Shown piece by piece: positions 36,409 through 49,337 of a DNA stretch of 55,545 nucleotides. Source of the DNA: Malacoraja senta (Eukaryota); contig JAXLNO010000059.1 of the NCBI GenBank assembly GCA_038087875.1, forward strand, positions 1 to 55,545. The letters are read 5' to 3'. The notes beneath the pieces were generated by a model, which was given only the letters and a program-made list of their open reading frames with translations, searched no databases and was not told where the DNA came from. A program made the position numbers and the translations under genes. Every line of letters begins with the position of its first letter. Position 1 is the first letter of the stretch.

Positions 36409-37053
36409 CACCTGTCTGTGATTCTGTCTCTGTCTGTGATTCTGTCTGTCTGTCTGTCTGTCTGTGATTCTGTCTGTCTGTCTGTCTGTGATGCTGTCTG
36501 TCAGTCTGTCTGTCTGTCTGTCTGTGTGTCTATCTGTTTGTCTGTCCATGTGATCCCGAAATTACGCCAAAATGGTACACGACAGCGATACAATTTTGGC
36601 CCACCTTACTCACCAGTGTCCTGTGGTGTGGTGTATCAAGTTTTGTTTAGATTGATGTTATATTTTACAAGTTATTCACATTTTAAACTTTAAAAAATTA
36701 ACTTTTCACTGTAAAAAAATCCAATTTCATTTGCCCTGCCCCTGTCCGTTACAATGTTATAAATGACATGACACTATCATTTGTAACATTGTAATGGGCA
36801 GGGGCAAGGCAAGTGGAATTGGATTTTGTAAAGTGAAAAGTCAATTTTTTAAAGTTTAAAAGGAGGAGGGGAGGGAGTGCTGGGGGATGAGGGGAAATGA
36901 GCCGCGCCTGTGCACTTGGGGGCTATGGGTGAGTGGTGGAATATTGCATTGGTGGAACGGTTTGCTTTGGGGGAACAGGTGAGTGGTGGAATATTGTGTT
37001 GGAGGACCAGCCCTCTTGTGTGTCAGGGACCCAATGGGTCCCTCTTGGTCTAG
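35873..37053 (+). mobile_element. Non-autonomous Helitron
   Basis: 5' TC(TATATATTAC), 3' CTAG, hairpin GGGACCC-AAT-GGGTCCC at 37026-37042, inserted between A and T with no TSD. Confidence 0.9.
35926..36546 (+). repeat. (GTCT)n microsatellite interspersed with GTGATT units, inside the Helitron
   Basis: Directly visible ~620-bp array. Confidence 0.97.
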
Positions 37054-37669
37054 TAGAATATAAAACTTGGAAGGTTATGTTGCAATTTTATAAAGCACTG
37101 ATTAGATTACACTTGGAGTATTCTTGTCAGTGTGCTATAGAAAGGAAATGATTGTGCTGGAGAGAGTGCAGAGGAGATTGACTAGGATGTTGAATGGATT
37201 GGCAAACTTTAGTTATGGGGAGGGATTGGATAAAATTAGCTTATCTTCCCTGCAATGAATGAGGCTGAAGGGCTACCTTGGCAAGTAAGAATTTCATTGT
37301 TCGAATTTATATCCGGTTCATATAACAAAAATATACTCTTGACTCTTGACCTGATAGAGGAATATAAATTTATAAGCGGAATAGAAAGGGTGGATAGTTA
37401 GAATCTTTTTTCAAGGGAGGGGTACCAAAAACCAGGGGGGCATACATTTAAGACCTAATGCAGGGAGTGAGATTAGCATGGATGGGCAAAAAGGTTAGCC
37501 GATAGGTAATTTCCATGATGCTTGTGACTCTGCCTCTATGGGACAAGCACAGATATATCACCTTATCACCATGCTGGGGTATCAATGCTTTCCACACTTG
37601 GGCAAACAATATTGAAGATCATGGCCAGTGGCAGGAATTTTAATTCAAGTAAAGAAATAAATCGAATTA

Positions 37670-38527
37670 AACGGGATGGCGGGACCGTCATATGATGATA
37701 GAATGGAGCGACTGTGATTGTATTCACTGGAATTTAGAAAGATGAGAGGGGATCTTATAGAACCATATACAATTATTAAGGGATAGGACACACTAAATGC
37801 AGGAAACCACAGCAAGATCACCACAGGAGCGCGTGCAGCTGAGAAGAAGCGCACCGCAGAAGCTCAGAGGAAACGCGCCGCACGCAAGGCTCGAGCCATT
37901 TCATCTTCTGCTGCAGTACCCACCCAACTATGTCCCATATGCGGGCGAGCCATCCAGGCCCGGATCGGTCTCATTGTCTTGCCCCCGGACCTACAAACAA
38001 AAGCACTGAAGTCATGGTCTTCTTCGACTACAAATGATGAACAACATATCAATGATTTGAATGAGAATTTACAAGGCATGATTAGCAAGTTTGCAGATGA
38101 CACTAAAGTGAATGGTATTGTAGATAGTGAAGATGGTTGTCAAACATTGAAGCAGGATCTTGATCGGTTGGCCAGGTAGGCTGAAGAATGGTGTTGGGGG
38201 AGTCCAGAACCAGAGGTCACAGTTTAAGAATTAGGGGTAGGCCATTTAGGGCTAAGATGAGGAAAAGAATTTTCACAAAGAGAGTTGTGAATTTGTGGAA
38301 TTCTCTGCCTCAGAAGGCAGTGGAGGCCGATTCACTGGATGCATTCAAAAGAGAGTTAGATAGAGCTCTTAGGGATAGCGGAATCAAGGGATATGGGGAG
38401 AAGGCAGGAATGGGGTACTGATAGTGGATGATCAGCCATGATCACATTGAATGGTGATGCTGGCTCGAAAGGCCAAATGGCCTACTCCTGCACCTATTTT
38501 CTATGTATGTATCTATGTATCTATGTA
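37670..38527 (+). mobile_element. CR1 3' fragment containing a 382-bp templated insertion (37811-38192)
   Basis: CR1 sequence ...GCAGGAAAC / TGTTGGGGGAGTCCAGAACC flanks the insert; (TATCTATG)n tail. Confidence 0.8.
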
Positions 38528-38859
38528 ACAGTAAACATTAAAAAAAATCTGTAGGTGGTGGAAATCTGATATAAAAACAGAAAATGCTGGAAGCACTCAA
38601 CAGGTCAGGCAGCATTTGTGGAAAGAGAAATTGTAATGTTTCAAGTCCAGGACCCTTCATAAAAACTTGGAAAGAAAGCAGATTAGTTTGTTTTAGGTAG
38701 TAGAGAAGGTGGGTAAAGATGATGAGCAGACCAAAGCAAATATCTCGAATAGAGTGAAACCAAGATGACTTAGATAGGGTGAATGCATAGAGTCTTTTAC
38801 CCAGGATGGGGCATCAGGAACCAGAGGGCATAGGTTTATGGTGAGATTAGATGGACAAG

Positions 38860-41130
38860 GGCTGATGAGGGATAGTCAGCACAGTTTTGTACATGGGCGG
38901 TCATGTCACACAAATCTGATTAATTATTTTGAAGATGTGACCATAAAGGTCGATGAGGGCAGTAGACGTATAGATGGATTTCAGCAAGGCATTTGACAAG
39001 GTTCCACATTGTTGACTGCTCTGGAAGGTTAGATATCATGGGATCCAAGGCAAAATAGCTGAATGGAGAAAAAATCCTGAGAGCGATGCCGTTAGGAGCT
39101 ATGCTCCTGATAGGGTTACCCATGGCGGTAAGGTCGAAGGGGAGGTCTCTGACAAAGAGCAATCCAACCAAGACCTCAATGGTGGAACTGGCGGAGACGA
39201 TGGCTGACCTTAGTGGAGCGCCACAACGGCTGGGAAGGCGGATGAAGGCTGCAGCAGAAAAGGGTCTCCGGTCGTCTTGGACTCCATGCCACCGAATCCT
39301 GACCCAGATCTATCAAGGACTGTGGGGTGGCTGCCTGTGCACCAGTCTCCCCACGTTAAACAAAGTCATGCACAGTTTTTCTCCATATAGCACCCTGGAG
39401 GGGTGAAGGAAAACACCAAATGCAAACCTCCACTGCCTTGTGGCTATTACCTTATTCAGGAAAGGTGAAGACTGGATCCGGCGGAATAAGCGGAGGAGAC
39501 CACCATTTGGGCAGGAAGGTGGACCCAGCAAAGTGTCGTGGAGCGCAATTAGGCCACCATGTCCACGTAGAACACTGGTGGCCATCCACTGCATCCTGAC
39601 CTATCGCCAGCCGTCTTGACTATGTCTTGCCCCTGGATCCAGATAGGCCGGAATGAAGGAGTGAGGCTGACGATTTGTGCAACTCTCCCTCACTTTAATC
39701 CAAGTCAAGCACACGCCATGACTTCAGGACCCGTACCGCCCAACTTGGCGAAGCAAGATCACCACAGGAGCGCGTGCAGCTGAGAAGAAGGGCACCGCAG
39801 AAGCTCAGAGGAAACGCGCCGCACGCAAGGCTCGAGCCGCTTCAACTTCTGCTGCCGTACCCACCCAACTATGTCCCATATGCGGGCGAGCCATCCAGGC
39901 CCGGATCGGTCTCACTGTCTTGCCCCCGGACCTACAAACAAAAGCACTGAAGTCATGGTCTTCTTCGACTACAAAGGATGAACAACATATCAATGATTTG
40001 AATGAGAATTTACAAGGCATGATTAGCAAGTTTGCAGATGACACTAAAGTGAATGGTATTGTAGATAGTGAAGATGGTTGTCAAACATTGAAGCAGGATC
40101 TTGATCGGTTGGCCAGGTAGGCTGAAGAATGGTTGATGGAATTTAATGCAGAGAATTGTGAGGTTTTGCATTTCGGAAAGGACCTGCACAGTGAATGGCA
40201 GGTCTTTGGGGAATGTTGATGTACTGTATAGAAGTTGGGAGGTCATATTATGTTACAGTTGTGTGAGATGTTGCTGAGGCCACATTTGGAGTATTGTGTT
40301 CAGTTTTGGTCACCTTGTGATAAGAAAGGTGTTGTCAAGCTGGAAAGTGTGCAGAGAAGATTTGTTGCCAGGACTCGAGGGCCTGTGCTCTAGGGAGAGG
40401 TTAAGCAGCCCAGAACTTTATTCCTTGGAGGCCAGGAGGATGAGGAATAGATCGGGTAACAGCACAGCCTCTTTTGCCAAGTGTAGGAGAATCGAGAACC
40501 AGAGGACAAAAGTTGAAGAGGAGAGGGGAAAGATTTAGGGGAGATGAGAGGGGAATCTGAGGGGTAACTTTTTAAGATGAGAGGAGAATCTGAGGGGTAA
40601 CTTTTTTACACAAAGGGTAATGGATGGATGGAATGAGCTGCTAGAGAAGCAGTAGAGCTACTGCCTTACAATGCCACAGACCCAGGTTCGATCCCGATTA
40701 TGGGTGCTGTCTGTATGGAGTTTGTACGTTCTCCCCGTGACCTGCATAGGTTTTCTCTGAGATCTTCAGTTTCCCCCCACACTCCAAAGACGTACATATT
40801 TGCAGGTTAATTGACGGTATAAATGTAAAAATTCACCCTTGTGTGCGTAGGATAGTGTTAATGTGCGGGGATCGCTGGTCGGTGCAGTGGGCCGAAGGGC
40901 CTGTTTCCATACTGTATCTCTAAACTAAACTAAAAAAAGAAGGTAATTGAGCAGGTACTACCATAACATTTAAGAGACATTTGGACAGGAACCTGGATAG
41001 GATAGGTTTAGAGGGTTATGGGCCAAGTGAGAGTAGATGGGACTAGTGGGAGTAGATGGGCCGTGTTGGTCGGCATGGGCAAGCTGGGCCAAAGGGCCTG
41101 TATGACTGTGTGACTCTATGACCCTATAAG
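38860..41130 (+). mobile_element. Decayed CR1 hosting the RTE element and an HE1-like SINE (~40649-40935)
   Basis: MDFSKAFDKVPH before 39068; INDL..KFADDTK resumes at 39988; SINE boxes and (CTAAA)n tail. Confidence 0.75.
39069..39987 (+). mobile_element. Internally deleted RTE-clade element (5' UTR-like part fused to the 3' end)
   Basis: The 3' end encodes AEAQRKRAARKAR...CPICGRAIQARIGL, typical of RTE C-termini, with tail GATGAACAACA. The 5' part resembles RTE UTRs (lower confidence). Confidence 0.7.
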
Positions 41131-41184
41131 AAGGGAAAGATTTACACTCACTACTGTACAGCCAAATAAGGTTCAAATTACACC

Positions 41185-41995
41185 TACAAGTTTGCAGACG
41201 ACACCACTGTGAATCACGAACAATGAAGTGCCGGAGTAAACAAAGTAGATAGAGAATTTAGTGACATGGTGTCAGGAGAAAAACCTCTCCCTCAATGTCA
41301 GTAAGATGAAAGATCTAGTTATTGAGTTCAGGAAGCATGGAGGAGTACATGCCCCAATCAGCATCAATAGTGTGGATGTGGGAATGGTTGAAAGCTTCAA
41401 GTTCTTTGGCGTTAACATTACCACTGATCTGTCACGGACCAACCACTTTGATGCGACAGGCAAGAAGGAACACCAAGCCTCTATTTCCAGAGGAGAATGA
41501 AGAAATTCAGTCAATATTACAGACTTCTACAGATGCACTGTTGCATCATGGCTTAGTTTGGGAACTGACAAGTCCATGAGAAATCGCAGAGTGTTGTCGA
41601 TGTAGCCCAGTCCATCGCATAGATCGGACTTCCCACCATTGACCCCATCTACACTTCAAGCTGCCTCGGAAACGCAGGCAACATTATCAATGACTTGTCC
41701 CACCCCTGGCATTCTTTCTTCTCCCTGCTCCTGTCCGGTATAAGGTACAGATGTTTGAAAGCACACACCACCAGACTCAGGAACAACTTCTTCCCCTCTG
41801 TTATCAGGCTTCTGAATAGTCCTTCCATAAGCTAGAGTACTGTTCGATTCACCTCTACCCCATTGAGGGCAGTGAGTGGACTTTGTCTAAGGAACTGACG
41901 CCCTCCAATGCTGAGAACTATATTCTGAATTCTCTATCCTCCTCATTGCTCTAACTATTGTACTTGAGTTTGTACTGATTGTATCTTTGTATCCG
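41185..41995 (+). mobile_element. Rex1/Babar-like fragment, decayed
   Basis: KFADDTT, WCQEKNLSLNVSKMKDLVIEFRK and FKFFGVNI motifs. Confidence 0.8.
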
Positions 41996-44900
41996 ATCTG
42001 AAGATTGACACAGAATGCTGGAATAACTCAGCGGGACAGGAACCATCTCTGGATAGAAGGAATGGGTCGAGACCCTTCTTCAGACTAAGAGACAGTCTGT
42101 GGGTATACAGAACGAGCTGCCAAAGGAGGTATTTGAGGCAGGTACTGTAACAGCATTTAAAAGGCATTCGGACAGGTACATGGATAGGAAAGGTTTGGAG
42201 ATTTGGGCAAATGTGGACAGTTGAGACTAATGTAAATATGGCTTCTTGGTTGGCACGGGCAAGTTGGGCTGAAGGGCCTATTTCCGTGCTGTATGACTCT
42301 ATGACTCTGACCTGTGGTTCTTGTTGGATACAGTCCCTGTATTGTCACCCACTGTTTCTATCCTGAATTATAGGCAAAGATCGCACAAGAGAAAATGAAG
42401 TCGGAGGTAGTGTCTTGACCTGAAACGTCATCTGTCCATTCCCACCCCAGATGCTCTCTGATCCATTGAGTTCCTCCAACACTGCGTTATGCTTACGATT
42501 GAAAGAACAATCAGAGGAACAGAAAGGTATACATTAACAAGTATCTAACAGAGATAGATGAGTACAAGTTACATCTTTTGACTTGAAATACTACGAGTGA
42601 TCCTTTGCGGTATAAAAAATATGCATGAATATTTTTGCCTGATTTTTTTTTAAATTTGTGAAATAAAATTGCTTTGCCGATCGTGTTTAATTCTACTTTG
42701 CAAATGCAAAATAAAATTTTGACTCATTTCTTGTTCCCTAGATTAAGTTCATGAAAAAGGAATTTATTGTTAGAAACGCTATGACTTTGAGCAATCCAAA
42801 TGCACTTAACATAATCCCATTTTGGCATAACCAGAGTGGTTCATAACCACTTCATCATTGAAAGTGATGGTCTAGGGTCATACAATCACCTGCACACTTA
42901 GCATATCTACTAGAATTATGTTTCAGCACAGTGACAGCAAAGCACGTTCAGATAACAGGATCACAATCAGCGAGCTGAAGCTACAACCAGCAAAAGGATT
43001 AGTTTTATATTGTAGTGGTAATTAGTGCGCCGTCAGATGCCACTTCAGAAGCAATGGCTAATCCATGGAACTTCAGCTATCATGCTCACCTCAAAAAAGT
43101 CATACTATCAGGGCAGCATCAATGACAGTCAATGGACATGAAGGAGTCATTCATCATTTGTGCCCTTATTAGCAGTTTGTTTTGCTCTGTAACCGATTCT
43201 CAATAAAATGTTTACCAAAAATATTTATCTATTCCCATTGATGCTGAAATCATTATTTTATCATTTTATTGGAAAGTCCCAGAGGATCATTCTGTCGATT
43301 CCTAAATTGTAATAACCAGTGTGATATGTATGAATCAATTCCCAAATGATCATTGAAAATAGGACAATTACAGATGCAGCAAATCTGAAATAAGAACAGG
43401 AAACACCGGGAATGCTCAGCAGGTCAGGCAGCAGCTGTGGAAAGTGAAGCAGTTAATATTTCAGGTGCAGGATGTTTCATTGGCAAAAGGTCGTGATCTG
43501 TCCTTAAAAGGGGTCATACTTCCTCTGCACTTTCAGTCCTGATAAAGTGTCCTGGTCCAAAACATCGACTGCCTATTTTCTACCACGGAATCTACCTGAC
43601 CTGTTGAGTTCCTCCAGCACCTTTCCTTTTCTTGGTAGAGATTCCAGCATCTGCTCTCTTGTGCTGCCACATAGAACATACAACACTGTATGTTCTATGT
43701 TCAACTCAAGTACATTTTATTGAGAATATGTATGTATGGATAAGTCTGAAGAAGGGTCTCGACCCAAAACGTCACTCATTCCTCCTATCCGGAGATGCTG
43801 CCTGTCCCACTTATTTACTCCAGCATTTTGTGTTCATCATTGGTGTAAACCAGCATCTGCAATTCTTTCCTGCACACACAACACTGCAGCATAGGAACAG
43901 ATCCTTTGGCCCACAATGTCCGTGCCGAACATGATGTCAAGTTAAGCTAATCTCCTCTGCCCGCATGTGATCCATACCCCTGCATATCCTTGCAGCTATC
44001 TAAAAGCCTCTTTAACACCACTATCATTATTGCATTAATCACAACTGGCCGTGTTTCCGACGCCGATTATTCTCTGTGTAATAAACTGCCCATCTCCTTT
44101 AAGATCTGACCTTAAACCAGCACCGTCTTTGATATTTCCACCCTAGGAAAACGGTTCTTACTGCCTAGACTCCAGCCTATCTATGCATCACATAACTTTA
44201 TATACTTCTATTAGGCCTCATGAAAGCTTAATTGGTTTCTCTTTCCACAAATGCTGCCTGATAGAGTGAGCACTTTATTCAAATTCCATCATCAGTTTTA
44301 TTTATTTTCCATGTTTTCGATGGAATGTTGTGTGCAGGTATTTCTTCACATGGGGTTTATTGGCACAGAGGCTTGGAGGAATGAGATTAGGATTGGATTA
44401 CAGATCTGGGTGGAGTTACAGTTGCAGATAGTCACACAGTGATAAAGTGTAGAAACAGGCCCTTCAGCCCATCTTGCCCACACTGGCCAACATGTCCCAG
44501 CTACACTACTCTCATGTGCCCGTGTTTGGTCCATAACCATCCAAGCATGTCCTATACATGTATACGATATAGATAGAGAATAGGATATAGGTAGATATAG
44601 GTAGAGAAAGGGCAGGTGGAGTTTTAGCTGTGTTTCAGTTTATTAATACTACATACACTGATACATAGAAAGTGCAGCAGGCCATTCGGCCTTTCGAGCC
44701 AGCACCGCCATTCAATGTGATCATGACTGATCATCCACAATCAGTACCCAGTTCCTGCCTTCTCCCCATATCCCTTCATTCCGCTAGCTCTAAGAGCTCT
44801 ATCTAACTCTGTTTTTAATGCATTAAGTGAATCAGCCTCCACTGCCATCTGAGGCAGAGAAATCCACAAATTCACAACTCTCTGGGTGCAAAGTTCTTCA

Positions 44901-45106
44901 CTGCCCACACACTGCTTACCACTTTGGGCAACTTAATACAGTGTCCCACTATCATTCAGCTCCAGGTTATTGTTGCCAGGGTCAGGAATATTTAAGGAAA
45001 AATGGCAGCATATATCAATACCTTACAGGAAATCCATGCCTATTTCTTATATGGATGAGCCATTCCCTCTGTAGATTGGTTATTGCATGTGAATCAATCA
45101 GAAAAG

Positions 45107-47371
45107 TGTAGCATCACTAACTCCACCTTACTGTACGCTGTATATTAACACCCATTTCCTACATTAGTCAGTCATGTAAGCGGTAGTGATGAACTAACAA
45201 CCTGCTGTACCGCTCTACTATATACTATGATTAAAGATGATTAAACTACAGACTTGTGTCAGTTAAGTCATTTACATGGTGTCAGACAGCGTGAAGTGAC
45301 CCACTGCGTCCGTATATCGGGTTTTATTTGTGTTTTATCAGTTTTGTCTATATTACCATGGCTCACTCGTGCCGCAAACCAGCACAGCTGATCTTTGATT
45401 CAGACATCGGAGAACGATGGAGGCTCTTCAAGATCGACTACGAACACTATATCAAAGCTTCAATCCTACTAAACCTGGCAGGACCAGAGGCTCTGATGAG
45501 AGCGCAAACCTTCGACTTTGCGCAAGCTGTTCTGGACGGTAACGGCCAGGTAGTTGTACCAGCTGAGACTATGCATAACCCCAATGTCCTGCTGCGCAAA
45601 TTCCATGAACTGTGCGACCTACCCTCTAACCGTATCTTGGAACGAGCCAAGTTCTTTGTGCGACATCAGCTTCCTGATGAACCTGTTGAACGATTTATTT
45701 CTGATTTAAAATACATGGCTCAGCGATGTTGCTTCGGGGAAATGTCCAACGAGTTAATACGGGACAAACTTGTCAGTGGCATGTCTGACCAAAAGCTCAA
45801 GACAGAACTACTACGTAATGCTGACCTGACTCTTGAACAAGCTGTGCATGCCTGCCGCACGTCTGAAATCGTGGCCCCACTGAGCGACCAGTTTGACACT
45901 CAGAAGAAGAGTATAAACTTGACAGGCTTTAATAAACAAGCCACACCGACAGCCAACAGAAGATTTGTGAATGAACCGCCGCAAACGGCTAATGGAGGAT
46001 TTATGAATGAACTTCCAAAGGTGTCTGGACTATAACTATTTCCACAACAAGGGATGGCTATTCTGTCGAGCGAACAGTAAGCCATGCCACTATTGCAAGA
46101 AGATGAACCATTTCGCCGTTTGCTGCAGGTCCCATGGGAATAGCAATTCTGGCTCGACTTCTAATCTGCACCTGCTACAACAAAACTAAACATTTTCAGA
46201 CTCCCAGGACCAGCCCGAATCTGCCCACAAGGATGATCCAATTAGCTCATATGAAGAGTCCACTATTCAAACTCTCCTCCACACAGCTGGTAAGCTCTTG
46301 GATCCCTCTGTGTCCATACTAATTAATAACAAGCCTGTGAAGGCCAAGTTGGATACCGGGGCTCGAGTGAATGTAATGTCCCTGAATGTCTACAACAACA
46401 TAAGAAATAATGAGACCTTGACGAGAGACGGCTCTACGTTGCATGCTTATGGGGGGGAGGTGTTGCATCCACTTGGAAGAACTAGCTTCAAATGTGTATT
46501 GGAAAATACAACTAAAAATCTGACTTTCTACATCCTAAAATCAAACTCTGTGACTCTACTGGGCATCCATGCGTGCCAGGCCAGTGTTTCGATCGCTCCA
46601 TTCACAAGTTACTTACATCTGATGACCCGACTCAAAACTACCCTGATCTGTTCGATGACAAGCTGGGCAAGCTGCCTGTGACTTATAAAATTGCCGTTGA
46701 CCCCACTGTTGACCAAGCTGTCCGTGCCCCCCCACCGTGTGCCACATGCCATGCATGACAGAATCCAGACTGAACTTAAAAACATGGTGTCCATGGGTGT
46801 ACTCGCGGAAATCAGTGACCCTATAGAATGGGTCTCCACCATGGTTGTCACGCAAAAGAAAAACAAAGACGAGCTCCGAGTGTGCATCAATCCAAGAGAC
46901 TTAAACACTGCAATCAAGCGCCCACACTATCCGATGAGAACTGTCGAAGACGTCGCGGCCCAAATCAGTCGCGCAACAGTGTTCTCCGTACTAGACGCAA
47001 AAAGCTCGTTCTGGCAGAATCCTCTAGATGACGAGTTCTCGAACCTCACTACGTTCACCACACCATTTGGCAGATTCAAATTTCTCAGAATGTATCAATT
47101 CGGCTATTTCAAAGAACCATGGAACAGTTGTTCACAGACTTCCCATGTGCCATCATTGTAGATGATATTCTGGTGTATGATAAAGACATAGCAGAGCACG
47201 ACCACAATCTCAAGCAATAGTGTAGCATCACTAACTCCACCTTACTGTACGCTTTATATTAACACCCATTTCCAACATTAGTGATGAACTAACAACCTGC
47301 TGTACCGCTCTACTATATACTATGATTAAAGATGATTAAATTACAGACTTGTGTCAGTTAAGTCATTTACA
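45107..47371 (+). mobile_element. Internally deleted Gypsy (Mag-like) element with both LTRs
   Basis: LTRs 45107-45276 and 47221-47371 (TGTAGCATC...TTTACA; the 3' copy lacks 19 bp); PBS TGGTGTCAGA; frameshifted gag, LDTGA protease and RT up to IVDDIL; RNase H and integrase absent. Confidence 0.93.
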
Positions 47372-47459
47372 CCCTCTATGAAAGGAGTCTTCAGTCCTTT
47401 CTTCATCAGTTCTGGCAAGGGCAATGAAATATCAGGATCAGAGCTGGGAGCTGAGTACC

Positions 47460-48470
47460 CACATACACATACTATCAAAAAGACGGGTAGAGGAGTAGGT
47501 GGTTCTGTTGGTAAGGAATGAAATCCAATCCTTAGCAAGAAACGACATAGGATCAGAGGATGTAGAATCCTTGTGGCAAGGGCAAAAAGACCCTGATTAC
47601 AGTAATATACAGGCCTCCGAAAAGGAGTTAAGATATAGGGCACAAATTACATCAGGAAATAGAAAAGGCATGTTACAGTGGTCATGTGAGATTTCAATAT
47701 GCAAGTAGACTGGGAAAATCAGGTTGGTACTGGATCCCAAGATAAGGAACATGGAGAAAGCCTATGAGATGGTTTCTTAGAGCAGATTGTGGTGGCATCA
47801 GTAGTGATCTTTCAAGAATAACTAGAGTCAGGAATGGTTCCAGAGGATTGGAAAATCACAAATTAACTCCAATGTTTAAGAGAAATTATAGGCCAGCTAT
47901 TCTGACTTCTGACTTCTGTGGCTACATTTTAGAGTCTATTATTAAGGATGAGGTCTCCTAAGCGCTTGATTAAATAGGCCAAAGTCAGCATGGTTTTGTT
48001 AAGGGAAGATCTTGCCTGACAGGATCCTGTTGGCGTTTTTTGAGGAGGTGACAAGCAGGATAGACAAAGGAGAGTCAGCGGATGTTGTTCACTTGGATTT
48101 TCTGGAGGCCTTTGATAAGGTGCCACACATGAGGCTACTAAACAAGATAGGAGGCAATGGTATTAAATGCAAGGTACTAGCATGGATAGAAGGTTGGCTG
48201 ACTGGCAGAAGTCAAAGAGTGGGAATTAAGGGAGCCTTTTCTAGTTGGCTGCCGATGACTAGTAGTGTTCCACAGGGGACTCTGTTCGGTCCGCTACTTT
48301 TCACATTGTGTGCTAGTGATCAGGATGAGGGAATCGATGGGTATGTGGCCACGTTTGCAGATGATACAAAGATACTGTAAGTGGAAGGACAAGTAGTGTT
48401 GAGGATGCATGGAGGCTGCAGAAGGACAGGGGAGAGTGGGCAAAGAAGTGGCAAATGCAAAAATGTGTAG
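47460..48470 (+). mobile_element. Heavily deleted CR1 ORF2 fragments
   Basis: NYRP, FFEEVTSRIDKGE, AFDKVPH, VPQG and FADDTK pieces. Confidence 0.75.
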
Positions 48471-49044
48471 CAAAGTATACAGTCACATACAGGATCATTA
48501 CTGGCCAGTGGGTCATGTGCTTTATACTGGCCTTGACCTTCAAACACAGTTTACTAAAGTGGTGATAGATAGTGCTGGCATTCTAAAGATGATGGTGAAT
48601 TCATCATCATCATCTTCCTGTTTTGAATGATGGTTTCCAAGATTTGGAAAAATGGTGCTTATTTCTGTAGGTCTACAGTGTTTTGCAGTGAATGAGTCGA
48701 CAATGATCTTTTGCTCCTGCTCTCATCCGGTGATTAAACCAGCGTTAGCTGCGGCTTTGTGTCTGAGGTGTGCAATATAGCAGCAAGACGTTTGATAACA
48801 GTGATTAAGGGATTAATTGAGGAATCATTAGCAAATTATAATTCAGATAAATCTTGGATGTACCTCATAAGCAAGTCCTAAATGTAATGTTCCTAATGAG
48901 GCTTCTCACAGGGTAAAGCGGTTTTAAATTATCTCGCACAAGATAAATGGTGACAATATTTCCCCCACTAATCAGGAAAGACCACAATTGTGACATACAG
49001 TACATATGTTCACACTTCCTATTGGCAGTTTTGTTGTCAAATGT

Positions 49045-49337
49045 ATAGCATGGAAACAGGCCCTTCAGACCACTGAGTCCATGCAAACCATCGATCACCC
49101 ATTCACACTTGTTCGGTGTTCATTCCTTGTACACGCGGGGCAATTTACAGAGGTCCATTAACCTACAAATCCGCACATCTTTGGGAAGACAAACTAAACC
49201 AGAGCATCCGAAGGAAAACCACATGAATAAAGGGAGAATGAGGAAACTCTGCACAAACAGCACCCAAAGTCAAGATCGAACAGCTGTCTCTGGCACTGAG
49301 TTGAGGCAGCAACACTACCAGTTGTGCTACTGTGCCA
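49045..49337 (-). mobile_element. HE1-like V-SINE, diverged
   Basis: Reverse complement of the GGCACAGTAGCACAACTGGTAG head and the CR1-type tail. Confidence 0.7.

Larger units (their letters stand above)
35530..37500 (+). mobile_element. Old CR1 fragment split by a Helitron
   Basis: ...GTCGAGACA|TAGAATATAAA... reads GRD-IEYK once 35873-37053 is removed. Confidence 0.7.

Noticed and set aside
36142..36693. ORFs with DRQT or CLSV repeats
   Set aside because: Translations of the (GTCT)n microsatellite.
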